DNA of 64,000 nucleotides from Haplodiscus bocki (lineage: Eukaryota). The notes below the pieces were generated by a model. The model ran no database searches. It had not been told where the DNA came from and saw only the letters and a list, made by a program, of their open reading frames with translations. Within the stretch, counting starts at the first letter, position 1. Each line of letters begins with the position of its first letter. Shown in pieces: positions 50,661-62,958 of the stretch. The DNA lies in contig OZ296653.1 of assembly GCA_965655095.1 (NCBI GenBank), positions 40,176,001-40,240,000 of the forward strand, in the 5' to 3' direction. Both the position numbers and the translations under genes were made by a program.

Positions 50661-51149
50661 CTCCTATGAAAAAAGCAGCCGCGAAAATAAATTTAGCTGT
50701 TTCTTTTTCAAAAAAGCAATGACCGTGCGCACCGGGTCCGGGTGGGAAATGGAAAACTTTTGAAAAGCGCGCGTGTTTGTGTGAGCATATTATCAAAGTC
50801 ACTGAACCAACTCAAGCCGAGGAACTTATCGAACTTTGGGTGTGCGCAGAAATGAAGCCCACGAAACCTGGTGTGATTTAAAGATTCAACTGCTTCACAC
50901 TAAGGCACATATCGACTCAACGTCAAATCTCAACAAAAATGCGGAAGTGAATGGCATAAAAACTCAAATTGCACAAACGAGACTCAGAAACTTTTTGCAA
51001 AAAGTCACGGAAACCATGTAGCAGTTTCGAAGGACCGTTCAGTGACTCAACAGAGGATGAAAAAACTTTTTAGGAAGCACACGCAGAGATAGGGATTAGG
51101 TTGATTCTAACCTGAATGATGAGGTGTTTACTTTCAAATGTCAATATAA

Positions 51150-52300
51150 AGTTTCAAATATTAGCAATTACCTCCTTGATGAACAAAATGAATTTGTAGG
51201 AAAAAGAACAAGGGTGACTGAAACGAAGAATGCGATCTTACAGGTGAACTCGCTCAACAACGATGGGTATTTATCAGGGAGAAGTGGCCACCCTTGCTGC
51301 AAACACCATCTTGGTGTCAGAGTAGGCAGTTTTCTTGAATGGCATGATTGACGAGATATGCATGATAACGGAAATCATGGGTACAACAAGACTATTCGGT
51401 AGCCTGTACTCTAAACCAAATCAACAAACGGAAACAGAGGCTCTACTACAAACATTGAAAACAGCAACAACAAAAATGAAAACATATGGCTGTAGCGAAA
51501 CATTCCTCCGAGGTGACTTTAATTACAGGCACCCTATGCGAAGCCACCATACGAAGACGCACATGGAATTGAACTGTTTGGGCTTTTTGTTGACGAGAAT
51601 CTTCTGGAGATGAAATGTACACAGAAAACAATCAAATCAATGCAATCAGGAAATAGAATCATCAACTTTTGCATCTTATCCCAACACATAGCTGAAGCCG
51701 AGCCCATACAAAAAGTGGACTATGCAGTTTTACATTTCACTGGAGCTATGATTCGGTGAGGTTACATTCTATGAGATCTTTCCAGCATCAGAGAACAAAG
51801 AGAGGAACAGAGAAACGAAAACGAACAGAAATGTATGAAAACCGATTGAACAATGTAGAATAAACTAACTGAAAAAGCTATAAAGGAGATATTGGGTATT
51901 TGCGAAGACAAGGGCCCTGCAGAGTTGAAGAAGATCAAATGTATTTTTGAAGAACCGGCCAAATCAGTCATTCAAGACAGGACAGTAACAAAAACTGAAA
52001 AAAATTTTGGTCACATTTACTGTCTGAATTCAGGAAAGAGCCGCGATGAAAAGGAAAAACTTTCAGAGAAAAAGTCCAATAATGCAAAAGGAAATTGATA
52101 AAAACTTGAAAAACTTCAGTAGAGAACTTGCAGAAACCCAAATTGAAGTCGATGGAACTTGAAGCGGAGCCAGTCATCCATTTGCAAGGAAAGCAGTTCT
52201 GATTAAAAAGTATTTAACGCAGCTACATCCCAACCACAAACAGCAGTTTTGGAAGAAAACGGAGCGATAAGTGCAAAAAATACAAAGCGTGCCCTGATTC
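51150..52300 (+). pseudogene. Degraded LINE AP-endonuclease remnant
   Basis: ILQVN, LFGSLYSKPN, FLRGDFNYRHP and NRIINFCIL appear in AP-endonuclease order, with many stops. Confidence 0.6.
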
Positions 52301-52599
52301 TGGTTGGAAAGTTTTTTTGATGTGGGCACCTCCGAAGTGTCAAATTTTATATTTTCTTGCCTACCAATCGCTGAATTAACAATAAAAGGAAAGTAGTGAC
52401 ATGAAAACCAAAAAACCTACGCCTGGTGCGGCCTCTGGTGGCAAGCCGGGTATCATGGGTGCGACTAACTCTTTTTCGATTCTCGCAGAAAAAAATCATA
52501 CTGAACGTTTTCATTCAACACCAGAAATGAGGAAACGCTGATCGGACAATTCGCATGAGAAAACGATCAAAACTATCCTGCAACAAAAAAAATTTGTTT

Positions 52600-52960
52600 G
52601 CATCAGAACTGGAAACCATTGAAAAATGTCGGTTTTCAAATAATCGTTGAATCCTTCAACCCAAACACGACCACGCAATCTCTTTCCAAGAAACATTGAA
52701 CTGTGACTGAACATAATCCACAAAACGTGGCAAAGACAAAAAAGTCATTAATGTCGACGTGGGAAACGCAACTGTCACGAGAGTCTCTAAACGCACGAAC
52801 AGTTTGTAGTTTTTCCAACAGTTTAAAGTTACGTCAAGAGAATCCACCCATAAGATGATGAGTGTTTTCAATTGCCCTAGCAACTTACGAGAAGACCGAG
52901 TAGAAAATGCCCAGCTTCGTTGAACCAACCGGCAAATCTCTGTACGGAACTGATTCATGC
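52600..52960 (-). pseudogene. Possible hAT transposase C-terminal dimerisation-domain remnant
   Basis: LFVRLETLVTVAFPTST..TFLSLPRFVDYVQSQF resembles L...LT.P.ST...ER.FS.L.R...YLRS.M. Confidence 0.35.
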
Positions 52961-53499
52961 CTCAAACATGAAAATTTTCTTCAAAAAAATATCAATACCA
53001 GCAACGATTTGACTTTGACCGAGTTTTTGCTAGTTTATACCTGGCTAGAGTGATAGAACAGAATGTTTTTACCCCATTCTCGGGGACTCGACACCGACCA
53101 GTTTGTGAGCCAAAAACATGCAGAACCGATGTCAAATGCTAAATCACTTTCAACACAAATTTCACACAAAAGATGCTTCAATTTCAAATAGCTAAACGAA
53201 TCATTCTATCGATTGAAAACTTATCGATACATCTGAAATTTCAGCCATCTCTCGAGAACTAGAAAAAAGTTTCCGCCCTAACTATGAAAGCAACACGGAT
53301 GAACATACCGAGGAGACGCCAAGTCAAAATTATACCAGGCGTTGGAAAAGACAGTGTGAACGTACTCTCTGAGCACCAGCGCGAGTTCAACACAGACCGT
53401 TAAAGCCAACTTACAATTGCTTTGGGCGAAATGCTGGCCAGCGCAGTCACTGAAGTCAGAAAAAAGGCCTCGGTAAACCTTGTTGAAGGCACTGACGTA

Positions 53500-55100
53500 A
53501 AATTAGCTGGATAAAGTCTTGGAATGAAATTGAGATACTGTCATGTGTCGAAAAAGGCTATATTAGTTCAACTAATGTCAACCCAGTCCAAATTATATCA
53601 CAGTTTTCACTTAACAACAGGTGCCAACGACGCCACGAAAGGAATCCAGAGACAAATAAATTGGAAAATGCATCAACTTTTGCCCAACTTTACACTAGTA
53701 GTGATGTTTCCGGAGCAGTGAACGAAAAAAAGTGGAACAGGAGTCAACTCAGATAACAATTGTATGCCGATGGTTGCATATCACCCCAATTGGGGAAAAA
53801 TGATAGACGATTTCTTCAGTAGATCCACAGAGACAGACAGTATAGCTACACTTTGGAAGAAATCATAACTCATTGTCTAGCCTGAACCCAAAAAAAAACC
53901 GAGATGACACATGGTTTTCAAGTTTTTATCTCTTTTTCGACACAAGAATTAGTTCTACGAACGAATGTTGTTCAATCACCTGTCGCAGATCAATGAACCA
54001 CATCTGATACTGGAGCGAGCGGAAATTGGAAATTAGGACATCCAATTCAGCAGACAGTTGAATACTGAACCTGACGCAGTTCGCTGAAGATGCGTTCAGT
54101 TGAAAGAAACTCGCACACTCAATTTTCAAAGACCTCTAGGCAGCATATGATACCAGCAACTATCAGAAAGTCTGTTTGAAAAGTTCACTTTTAGTGATGA
54201 CTACAAACTGATGAGAAAGACGTGGAATGCTTTGTGAAACTGCAAAGTTACTGGCAATTGAATAGTGAAGAAAGCAAGTGGCTGCAACAGCAGAACAGCT
54301 TACCCCATGGAGATGTCGTCACTTTGGAACTGTTTGACATGATCACGAACTAGCAGCCACTGGATCATGCGACACGTAACTTGATTTACACTATTCATGC
54401 AAATGACCGTGCTATGGCCTGACAGAAAAGGACCGTGAGAGTAGTCGAAGACACATCGAGGAAATAGTCTGAGGTCCTCCTAAAATCTATGGAATTATTT
54501 ATCGAAAACGGAAACTTGTCTGTGCTACTTGAGAATAAAACCGGCACACACAAAAATGAAATTACACTGGAGTGCGACCGCACTGATGCATTTACTAAAC
54601 ACAAAGTACATCGGCAAAATAAATCGCCAAACAGTAATTTTTAAAAGTCGCGGTAACAAGACGTGAACAAAAGTTTCTGTTGAGGAGGAGAAAGTAGTTC
54701 CTGCACAAGCTGACATCAGCTTTGTGGCGACAAAACCAAACAGTTCTCCAGATCATCCCATCTTCCCTCAACCTTGCCACAGCACAAAGCACATGCGCAG
54801 TCTATTTCCGATAGAATCAGAGTCAGAGAGCGGATGAAAATTTGAATGAGACCTACCAAGTTGTGATTGGACGCATTAGATCGACAAAAAAGAGGAATTT
54901 GGACATACTAGCAGGTATCAGTGACCCACGATATCGAAGAGATGCTTGCACCCATTCGGAATATTGAAAACAAGAAACAGACGATAAACGCCACTTTGTT
55001 GTGGAGAAAACAACAGGTAGAAAATTGAAGCTTCGGAAACTTTCCGTGAACGCCGACAGGGCACTCGAGAACAAAAATGGCCTCAAGATTCAAAAAAATC
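53500..55100 (+). pseudogene. Highly degraded Ty3/Gypsy-like pol remnant (RNase H followed by integrase)
   Basis: Ordered decayed motifs: GANDATKG (cf. TDAS..G), PMVAY, YWSERKL..IQFSRQLNTEPDAVR (cf. RW..L...I.Y..G..N..ADALSR) and VLWPD (cf. YWP.M). Confidence 0.45.
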
Positions 55101-56449
55101 AACAGCGTTGAATTCTGTGTCAAACTACATTCATTTCAATTTTAAAAGAGAGTTCCACTTGAGGGATTTTTCGTAAGATTTGATGGAAAAACCTCAAGAG
55201 ACTTCCAGCCACAACAAGAAGGTGTCACAGTGCCCTTTTGAAGTGAGGTGCAGAATTCAACTCCGATTGCACATGCGGAGAACTAAAAATAATGCCGCAT
55301 TTCCCTAGATGCTCAAAAAAGACAGACGCACGAGGTACTGAAGAGTAGCAAGCCTCCTGAATTGCCATCAGCACAGGATGCAAGACTGAGGAAACTAAAT
55401 AGTGGACACAACGCCGAGCAACAATGGTAGTGCATCAGGTAAATCATCTAGGCATGAAACTCATAAGTTTTTCCGTCAACCAGCGAAGTGAGTGCAGCCA
55501 TGCGAAAAATGACGTCGAAAAGCGATTCAAAAATCTTTTTCTGTCAAATTGTTTTGGTAACTGAAGCCTGATACGAACTTCTTTTGATATTTGCGGCAAA
55601 AAATTCGAAAATCCAGCAGATTTGTATTGCTTTTTTTGGATAAAGGGCATCATCTCTTCGTTTTTTTGACCAACGCAGAAAAAGTTAAACAACGCATTGG
55701 AACATGAAATCTCAAATTATTCAATGGAAAAAATTCTCCTTTCCAGTTTCGTGAAATTATTGTAATCAAGGAGCAAAAAGTTTTTTTTTCTTTTTTTAAA
55801 TCATCATTTTTTGCGAACGCTAGTTTTTGTTAGTTTTCTCAGCATACGAAATTTTTCAGCCTGTTACTTAAAAGTGTTTCGATTTATGAGCACAAACAAA
55901 ATGCCAGGTAATTGGCTCCTTAATGAGTTACATCAAACTTTTTTTTGAGAAGCAATTTCTATTTTTGACGTCAAGTGTCCCGTGCCGTAACGCAACTAGA
56001 GGTTTTTCCAAGAAAAACCCTCAGTCGAAATCACGTTCAGCACAGTTTTTTGATAGTTCTCTTCAGGTTTGAATTAATTTCCGATTCAAGTAGTAAAGAT
56101 TTTTCGAGAGTTATGTTGATGCTCCACATTTAACAACCTGATGTAAAGAAGTCGAAATGAGAATTCAGAAGAGCCCACTCGGCTGCATAAGTGTAACTTT
56201 TTTCAAGCAGCACGAACTTGATCTAATTGCAAAACAACGAAGCAATTCATAATTTCATTTAAAGTCCTCGGTACTTACTTTTTGATTGTCTGACGCACTT
56301 TTTGTCTGACTTGGATAATTTGGGAGTTGTCGGCGGTTAATTGACAAACACATCGGCCTTTTTAGTACACCGTAAATTCTGAATAACGTCCTTAATTGGA
56401 TTCAGCAGTACAGTTGTGCTCAGTTACCGATTGATCAATCCTGGTTGGA

Positions 56450-59000
56450 AACTTAATGGAGAGTTCTTCTGGTGCCAAAGGTCAATTTGAAGCCAAAATA
56501 TTCAGATGTATTAGTATCGAACCGCTACTCAAAAAAATTAACTTAGCTTGGGTACAAACAAGACAACAGCCAAAAAATACGTTTGGTCTGCTATATTTAT
56601 GTCTTTAGTTACTTCTAGTTTTCTTTATATGCAAAAATTCGAAAATGAATTTTGTGGACAGCAGTTTTCAATTTATTTTTAGTTCTTACTCTGGCCGATC
56701 TAGTAAGAAGATACAAAAATCCTTGCTTCCAACCCTGTTTTTCTGCTTAGGTCCAGAAGAAATTACTTTGCCTCAGAAAAAAGGAAAAAAAGTTCTTTCT
56801 GATAAAAACGCTTCTTCCATTCATTAGTTTTAGGTTTGAAGCTAAGTTATTGACTGCTTCTTGGTAAATTCTTAGGAGATTCTTCTCTTTTCTTAACGGC
56901 TAAGCAGTGTGGAAACAGATAACTCACTGTTTTTTCAATGGAAGTTCTGGGATAAAGCGGGCTTGCAGTCAGGCATCTCTTCTATTCTGAGCGTAGTTGA
57001 TTCGAAGGAGACGTGAATCCAGCAAAATTTCGCTCGCAAACTGTATATCAATTTTGGTTGTTGTCGTAGTATTGATCCAGTTTCTACTTCTGGGACAATT
57101 TGATTTAGTTTGCATCAAAAAACAAAATATTTCTATTGATGATTCCCTCTTCTAATGAGTTTGGTCGGATTGGTGTTGCCAGACATCTTTATTGGTCCGT
57201 CATGTCAAAACATTTTTCGTTTCGTGAAATTTTCGAATCGTTTTTATGAGTTATCAAACAGTTGGACGGTTTTGCTTCGCAAGAGAGCAAGCTTCAGAGC
57301 TGTTCACGTAAATGCAGGTTTCCTGTCGAGGCTTTTTTGATGTGAATTTCCATACGATATCGATTGTTGGTAGTCTTGATGGGGGGATCGGTTGCGCTGC
57401 ATTCATTTTGAGGAAAATTTCAAAATTGTTTCGAGTGATGAAACCATCAAATTTCATTAATCGGTCTATGTTCGAGTTCTTTTATATAAGGGTATAAGAG
57501 TGAACTGTTTGTCGAATTAGTGTTTTCAAAGAGTCAATAGAGTTCCTCTGGACCACCTTCCCGAAGTGATTACGATTATCAGGCTTCCTACTATATGCTC
57601 TCGGAACTACTACTTCTCTGTTTTGTATGACTGAGAAAGCGTAGCGTGGTGGACTGTCCCGCTTAAGAGTTTGTTGTTGGTTTTCACTTCGCTTTTTATT
57701 TTTTGTATGTTAGTTTATCTTGTGTGTATTCTTGATCGCAGACGAACTTGATGAACTATCTTGGCTTCAATTATCTGAATCCAATAAAACGCGCACCATT
57801 GTTGCACTGCGCTCAAACTTTTTTGGACTTGGTGACACAAAGAATTTCTACAGTTAGAATACTTCGGGTTTTCGGAGTCTTGAGCAGGCTTGAAAGTGAT
57901 GCTGAAGGTGTCCTCCAGCATTCCTGAAGTGAAAAACTTTTCGTAGCATTGGTCAGAAGACAATCCCCCGGAACAGCCCCATGCTTGGCTGAAAAAGTTC
58001 ATGTACTCATTATTTAGTTTCATTTGGACTATTCCATGGCTGACGTCATTATACAAAAGGTCGAAGATTACTCGTATCAAAACAATTTTTAATAGTCAAA
58101 GCAGAAGTCCTTTATGTGACACACTGTCAAAAGAGTTTCGCAGGTCTTTATCAAGCATCACTTCGTTTATGTTTGAAACTTTCCGCTGTTTCAGATCTGA
58201 GTTAATTATATGATCGAAGTGTGCGGCTGCTTGACCGGAAATCATAATACTTGTAATCATTCAGAGAGCTTGATAACAGGGTTTGTGTTGTTTGCACGTT
58301 GGAGAATCTTCGGTTTTTTTTCCACTTGTGAGAAGCTGTTGATCTGGGTTTACTCGCTGAGACCTCCCTCTAGTTCAATTATTTGACTATTTTGATCAAC
58401 GGATGCTCGTTTCGACCACAGCTAAATGGAGTATTGTTGAGGTTTTCGCTTCTAAAAAGTTTCTCTGGGCATGTCCACAACCAATGTCCGGACATTTGCT
58501 TTTTTGGTTGAATGCGGTCGCTATCCAGTGACTTTCAAAGACATTGTATGCTTATCATCACTATACCTAACTCTGCCATTGAGATATCAGTGATTTACCG
58601 GTTTTACTGTGAATGAGAAGGGCGTTGTTACTGGTATTTTTCGGCACTTCCTTGCTGATTGAGTTTAAAAAATTTTTCGAGAAAATGCCCTGCAAAATTA
58701 TTGCCACCGAAAAGCGTTTTGTTTAAAAGTGTTTACTTTTTTCCGTGTTTTAAACATGAGGCTATCCAGAGATTCTGAATGCCTCTTGGCTTGTATCCCG
58801 GCAGTTAGATGACAGTGTTTTTGGACTACCTTGTGCCACGTTTGATTCTACAAGGCTTAGTTTCCAGATACATTCAAGATTGTATGAGTTCATAGGAGTG
58901 AAATTTGATAATTTCACGCTTTTGCGAAAACATCCATTGCAGTCTTGAGTGTTGCTGAGTTTGTTCAATTGTTATGTCGAAAAAGGTGTATTAGGCATTT
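56450..59000 (-). pseudogene. Highly degraded LINE ORF2 (endonuclease plus RT)
   Basis: Ordered decayed motifs: TLIPLYKK (about 57490), QPIPPSRLPTIDIVWK (cf. YRPISLLP..SK..EK), LLD..SFES (cf. LD.S.AFD), RQSN..SGP (cf. PQGS.LGP) and IADQT (cf. YADDT). Confidence 0.55.
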
Positions 59001-60431
59001 TGAGTATTTTTTGTAGGATATGTTGGTCATTAGTTTCGCTGGCGATGTTTTTGGCCGTTAATTAGAAGGTGTTTGCATTGTCGTTTGCATCACTTTTACT
59101 GAACTTGATTTTTTCTGTAACGTTGCGGTCTCCTCCAAACTGTTTGTTGGCATAAAGTGTAATTGCGTAGTCGAATTACTTTGTTGATTTCTTGTAATTT
59201 CTAGGACTTAGCGCCCGCCTAAAAATATTGTTAACAGCTCGGTTTTTTGTCACTGTGTACTCTGTGTTTCTGATTTATGTAAGGTTATTGGTCTGCATAG
59301 GCGAACCAGTCACTGAGTTATTGTAAACAAAATGGGAAGTCGGTTTGCTTTTATTTAGGAGTGGAAAATTGCTTCTGAAGATAAGGCGCTGCAGAATTTC
59401 CACCTTGACGTTATTTCGTGTACTCACCCATAACGTCTTTCCAGAGTTCAAATCACTGGCAAAACATCCCTTTTCACTACTTTTGGTTGCCAAAGTCTAC
59501 GTTTTGGCCTTTATTAGGCATTTGATGACTTTTCTGACCTTCTTGGCGTTTGGGGTAACATTTGTGATGGCAAGATTAAACAGGACCACGCCAACGTCTG
59601 CGGTCTACTGTTCACCATACCGTACTGAATTAGTTCCTGTGGTATAAGTGCGACTTGGAAGAATTCACATCAAGCGACACTGATGAAGAGATTCCGCCGA
59701 GATTTCTATTTGATGCCCGAAAAAGTACTTTTTGTGTATTCTGTTTCAGTTTCTTTCAATTGGATGACGTCGGGTATTTGCATCGTAAAAAGTGTGATAA
59801 TAAATGCGCATACTTTTACTGGATGCGCAGGATTAACAACTAACTTTTTTGGATCTTACATAACATGCAAGTTATCATTCCGGAAACAGTGCTTTGAAGT
59901 AGAGCCACATTCACTCAAATATTAAAAAATTTTCATGCTATGAGTTTACATATATATGATAAGTTGTTGGTAAAGTTTTAACAACCTTCATTTTGAGGCG
60001 AAGTTTTTATTAAGGATTTTTATTGTCTGAGTCAAGAGAATTGAAGGGAAAAAAGCAAACAGAAAATGAAACGAAAAACAGAAGATATTCCCTGAACAAT
60101 GCAAAAAGCAATTCCAAGGAAAGAAATAATACAAAAACAACAAATAGATTGAGCAGTACGTTTGTTGTTGAAGCTGTGCAATTATTCGCTCGCAATATTG
60201 CTCATTTATTGGATCACTTCTTGCAAAATTTCGAAGTCACGTTGGTGCGCGTGGCATTTCCCATTTTGAACCTGATCAATTCACGCAAAAGATGATAGCT
60301 TCTCATGCATACCGACTACACAGAAGATCAGAATTTCAACAAAAGTCCTCGGCGACTGATACTGTAGAGTCCTCTAAAATATTTCAACTGGGGAACTAGA
60401 GATTCAAGATAGTGAAAATGACGTCAAATCT

Positions 60432-60435
<4 letters not shown>

Positions 60436-60474
<39 letters not shown>
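60436..60474 (+). repeat. (TC)n microsatellite
   Basis: About 19 consecutive TC units. Confidence 0.98.
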
Positions 60475-60477
<3 letters not shown>

Positions 60478-60649
60478 CACACCTCGTCTGACGTATCCAG
60501 CCGACAATCAACCTGCAGAGGATCGTACTTTCAATTGATATGCAGCAATGATCATTCATTCCCACTTTGAAACTTCATTAGATAACCATATAGACCTGCA
60601 CAAATGGATCACAGAAACTCCGCCGGGGTCGGAATAATGGCTGAAATTT

Positions 60650-60845
60650 TTCCGGTATAAGGGCGTTAACGGCAGTCAAAATTAGCCACAGAAGCCGGTA
60701 TTAACCGAAAAAATAGCGACCTTAACGGCGTTGAATCGGAAAAATAGCGGCGTTAGCGGAGTTTAACTGGAAAAGCAGCGGCGGTAGTTTCCGCGGCTAT
60801 ACCAGTATAATACCGGCCGAGTTTTAACGCTGGTATATCGGAAAA
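60650..60845 (+). repeat. GC-rich minisatellite of TARCGGCGT-type units, block 1
   Basis: Repeated TTAACGGCG / TAGCGGCG / CCGGTAT motifs. Confidence 0.75.
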
Positions 60846-60979
60846 AAACGAGGACCGTTTTCTCCGTCAGTAAACTCACAACATCTGGGAGCTTCATCTT
60901 CCCAAATGAAAGCAGTCAAAGCGAATAACAGCGTCTAAAAAGGAAAGACTATGAATTATAGCACCAAGTTAAAAAAAAG

Positions 60980-62170
60980 TAAAGCGAAAAAAAACATTGT
61001 TGGACTTATAACTGTCGAAAAATTCAAACTCGCAATCCAATCTGTAAATGTTCAACTTTTGTGAAGTTTTTTTGGTCGCACCATGGTCAATGACGCTGGC
61101 AGGGATAATACTTGCAGGCGCAAATTCAAAGCTAAATGATTACGAACAAAGTAAAAAAACGAAAAACCTTCCGAAAATGAATTTCACGGAAAAACCGTTT
61201 TAAGATTTCGGACAAAAAAAGAACAGAAACATAATTCTCGACCTTTCAAAAAACCCCAGTGGGACACCAGGACCCTAAAGCTATCAATTGAATATCGACC
61301 TGAACAGTAAGAATTAAACTAAACAAAATTTTAAAAAAGCATTCAGATTTTCAGATTAAAAATGTAGGAGTTTTGCAAGACTAGAACTAAGAAGTCAAGT
61401 CCTGACATGTTCAACTTTTATGTAGTCTTGGCTGGTTATGAGATGGTCACGGACGTTGGCACGGCTAACACATGAAGGCGCAAATTCAAAGCCCCATGCT
61501 TACAAACAAAAGTACAGAAAATGAAGGACTTTTCGAAAACATGAGTTTTAACCGGAAAACAGTTTGAAGATTTAGGACGATAAAAAGAACAGAAACATTG
61601 TTCTCGACCTTCCAAAAAACCCAGTCAAACAAAAGGACCCTAAAAGCATCAATTGAACATGGCCTTCGTAGACAGTAAGAATTAAACTAAACAAAACTTG
61701 AAAGAAAATGGAAATCAGAACAAAACCGTTGGAACTTTGCAAAACCAGAATTAAGAAGTCAAGTCTTGACATGCTCAACTTTTACGTAGTCTGAACTGGT
61801 CGTGACTTGGTTGATGACACTGACAAGTCTACCACGTGCCGGAGGAAATCCAGAGCTCCACCAAGAAAAATACAAAAAATGAAGGTCCTTTCGAAAACAT
61901 GGGTTTCACCTAATAACCCTTTGTATATTTCACACCAAAAACTCAAAACTTTCACTTTTTGGCATCAGAGAACAAAACAGAGGAACCACAGAACCTCAAA
62001 GGCAACAACTGAAGATTGACTTTTCAACCAGGAAGAAATAAACTGAATTTTTTTGGAGAGAAGCCTTCAGGTTAAAACTGGCAAAACTTCTGCAAGACTC
62101 CAACTAGTCAAGTCTTGAAATGATCAGCAAGTTCAATGACACTACCAATGCCGCCACGTTCAGGCCCAGA
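60980..62170 (+). repeat. Tandem repeat with a 360-364-bp unit, about 3.3 copies
   Basis: GGCGCAAATTCAAAG at 61117 and 61477; AAGAAGTCAAGTC at 61389 and 61753; a further decayed copy near 62105. Confidence 0.88.
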
Positions 62171-62309
62171 CTCCAGTCCCTTGCCGTTCTCCCACACTTT
62201 CGACGAAATATGCTCTAAAAGCCTCGTAATCCTTTGTCAATTAAATGATTGACCATGAGTTTCTCATTCTTCATGGAGTGAGAAAATCAGATTTTTGTAG
62301 ACACATGTT

Positions 62310-62465
62310 TTTTCTGGTATAGCAGCTTTAACGGCGTTCAACCGGAACGCTAACGGCGTTAACGGCGTTCCTTGTCGGTATAAAGGCGTTAACGGCTTTT
62401 TGCTAGTAAGTTAGCGGCGTCAGCGGCGTTTACGCCACTATAGCGGAAAGATAGCGGCGTTTTCC
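62310..62465 (+). repeat. GC-rich minisatellite of TARCGGCGT-type units, block 2
   Basis: TAACGGCGTT / TAGCGGCGT repeated about 8 times, in the same orientation as block 1. Confidence 0.78.
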
Positions 62466-62884
62466 CAAAAAAGTTCGAACCGGGTGATGTGGACGGGAAC
62501 AACGATCCAATTCAATATTTCATTACCTTCGGCGTAACACCCATCCTCTGTTTCGTCAATGACACCCGCAACCTAGCTCGGGGAGTGATGTAGTACAAAC
62601 ATTCAATCTATTCTATATTATCGTCGATCTGAATTTGCGAAGTATTGAAAGGTTCGGAGTTGTTAGATGTTATTCCAAAATGCTGGACATCAAATAAACA
62701 AACCGGAATTGTGGAAGGGAAAAAACAAGGTGCCGTCAACAAGAGAGTCTGAAAGGTGCTTTGAGAGACCCGGATCATAAGAGTGAGACCCTAGATAACC
62801 CAAAAAAGACCAAGGATTATAAGTTTCGGATATTTTCTCAGCATCAAGATGGGTTTTTTGTCAAGCAATATCTCTTGTATTTCT

Positions 62885-62958
62885 TCTTTTCAAGAGGTTT
62901 TAGCTTCTGCATAGCGAAGGATCCTTCACTATGCAGAAGCTAAAACCTCTTGAAAAGA
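62885..62958. repeat. 74-bp near-perfect palindrome (37-bp arms, no spacer)
   Basis: Centred on GGATCC (62919-62924); the only mismatch is C62915/A62928. Confidence 0.97.

Noticed and set aside
60650-62465. CRISPR-like array
   Set aside because: The context is eukaryotic, the repeats are degenerate tandem units without unique equal-length spacers, and no cas genes are present.
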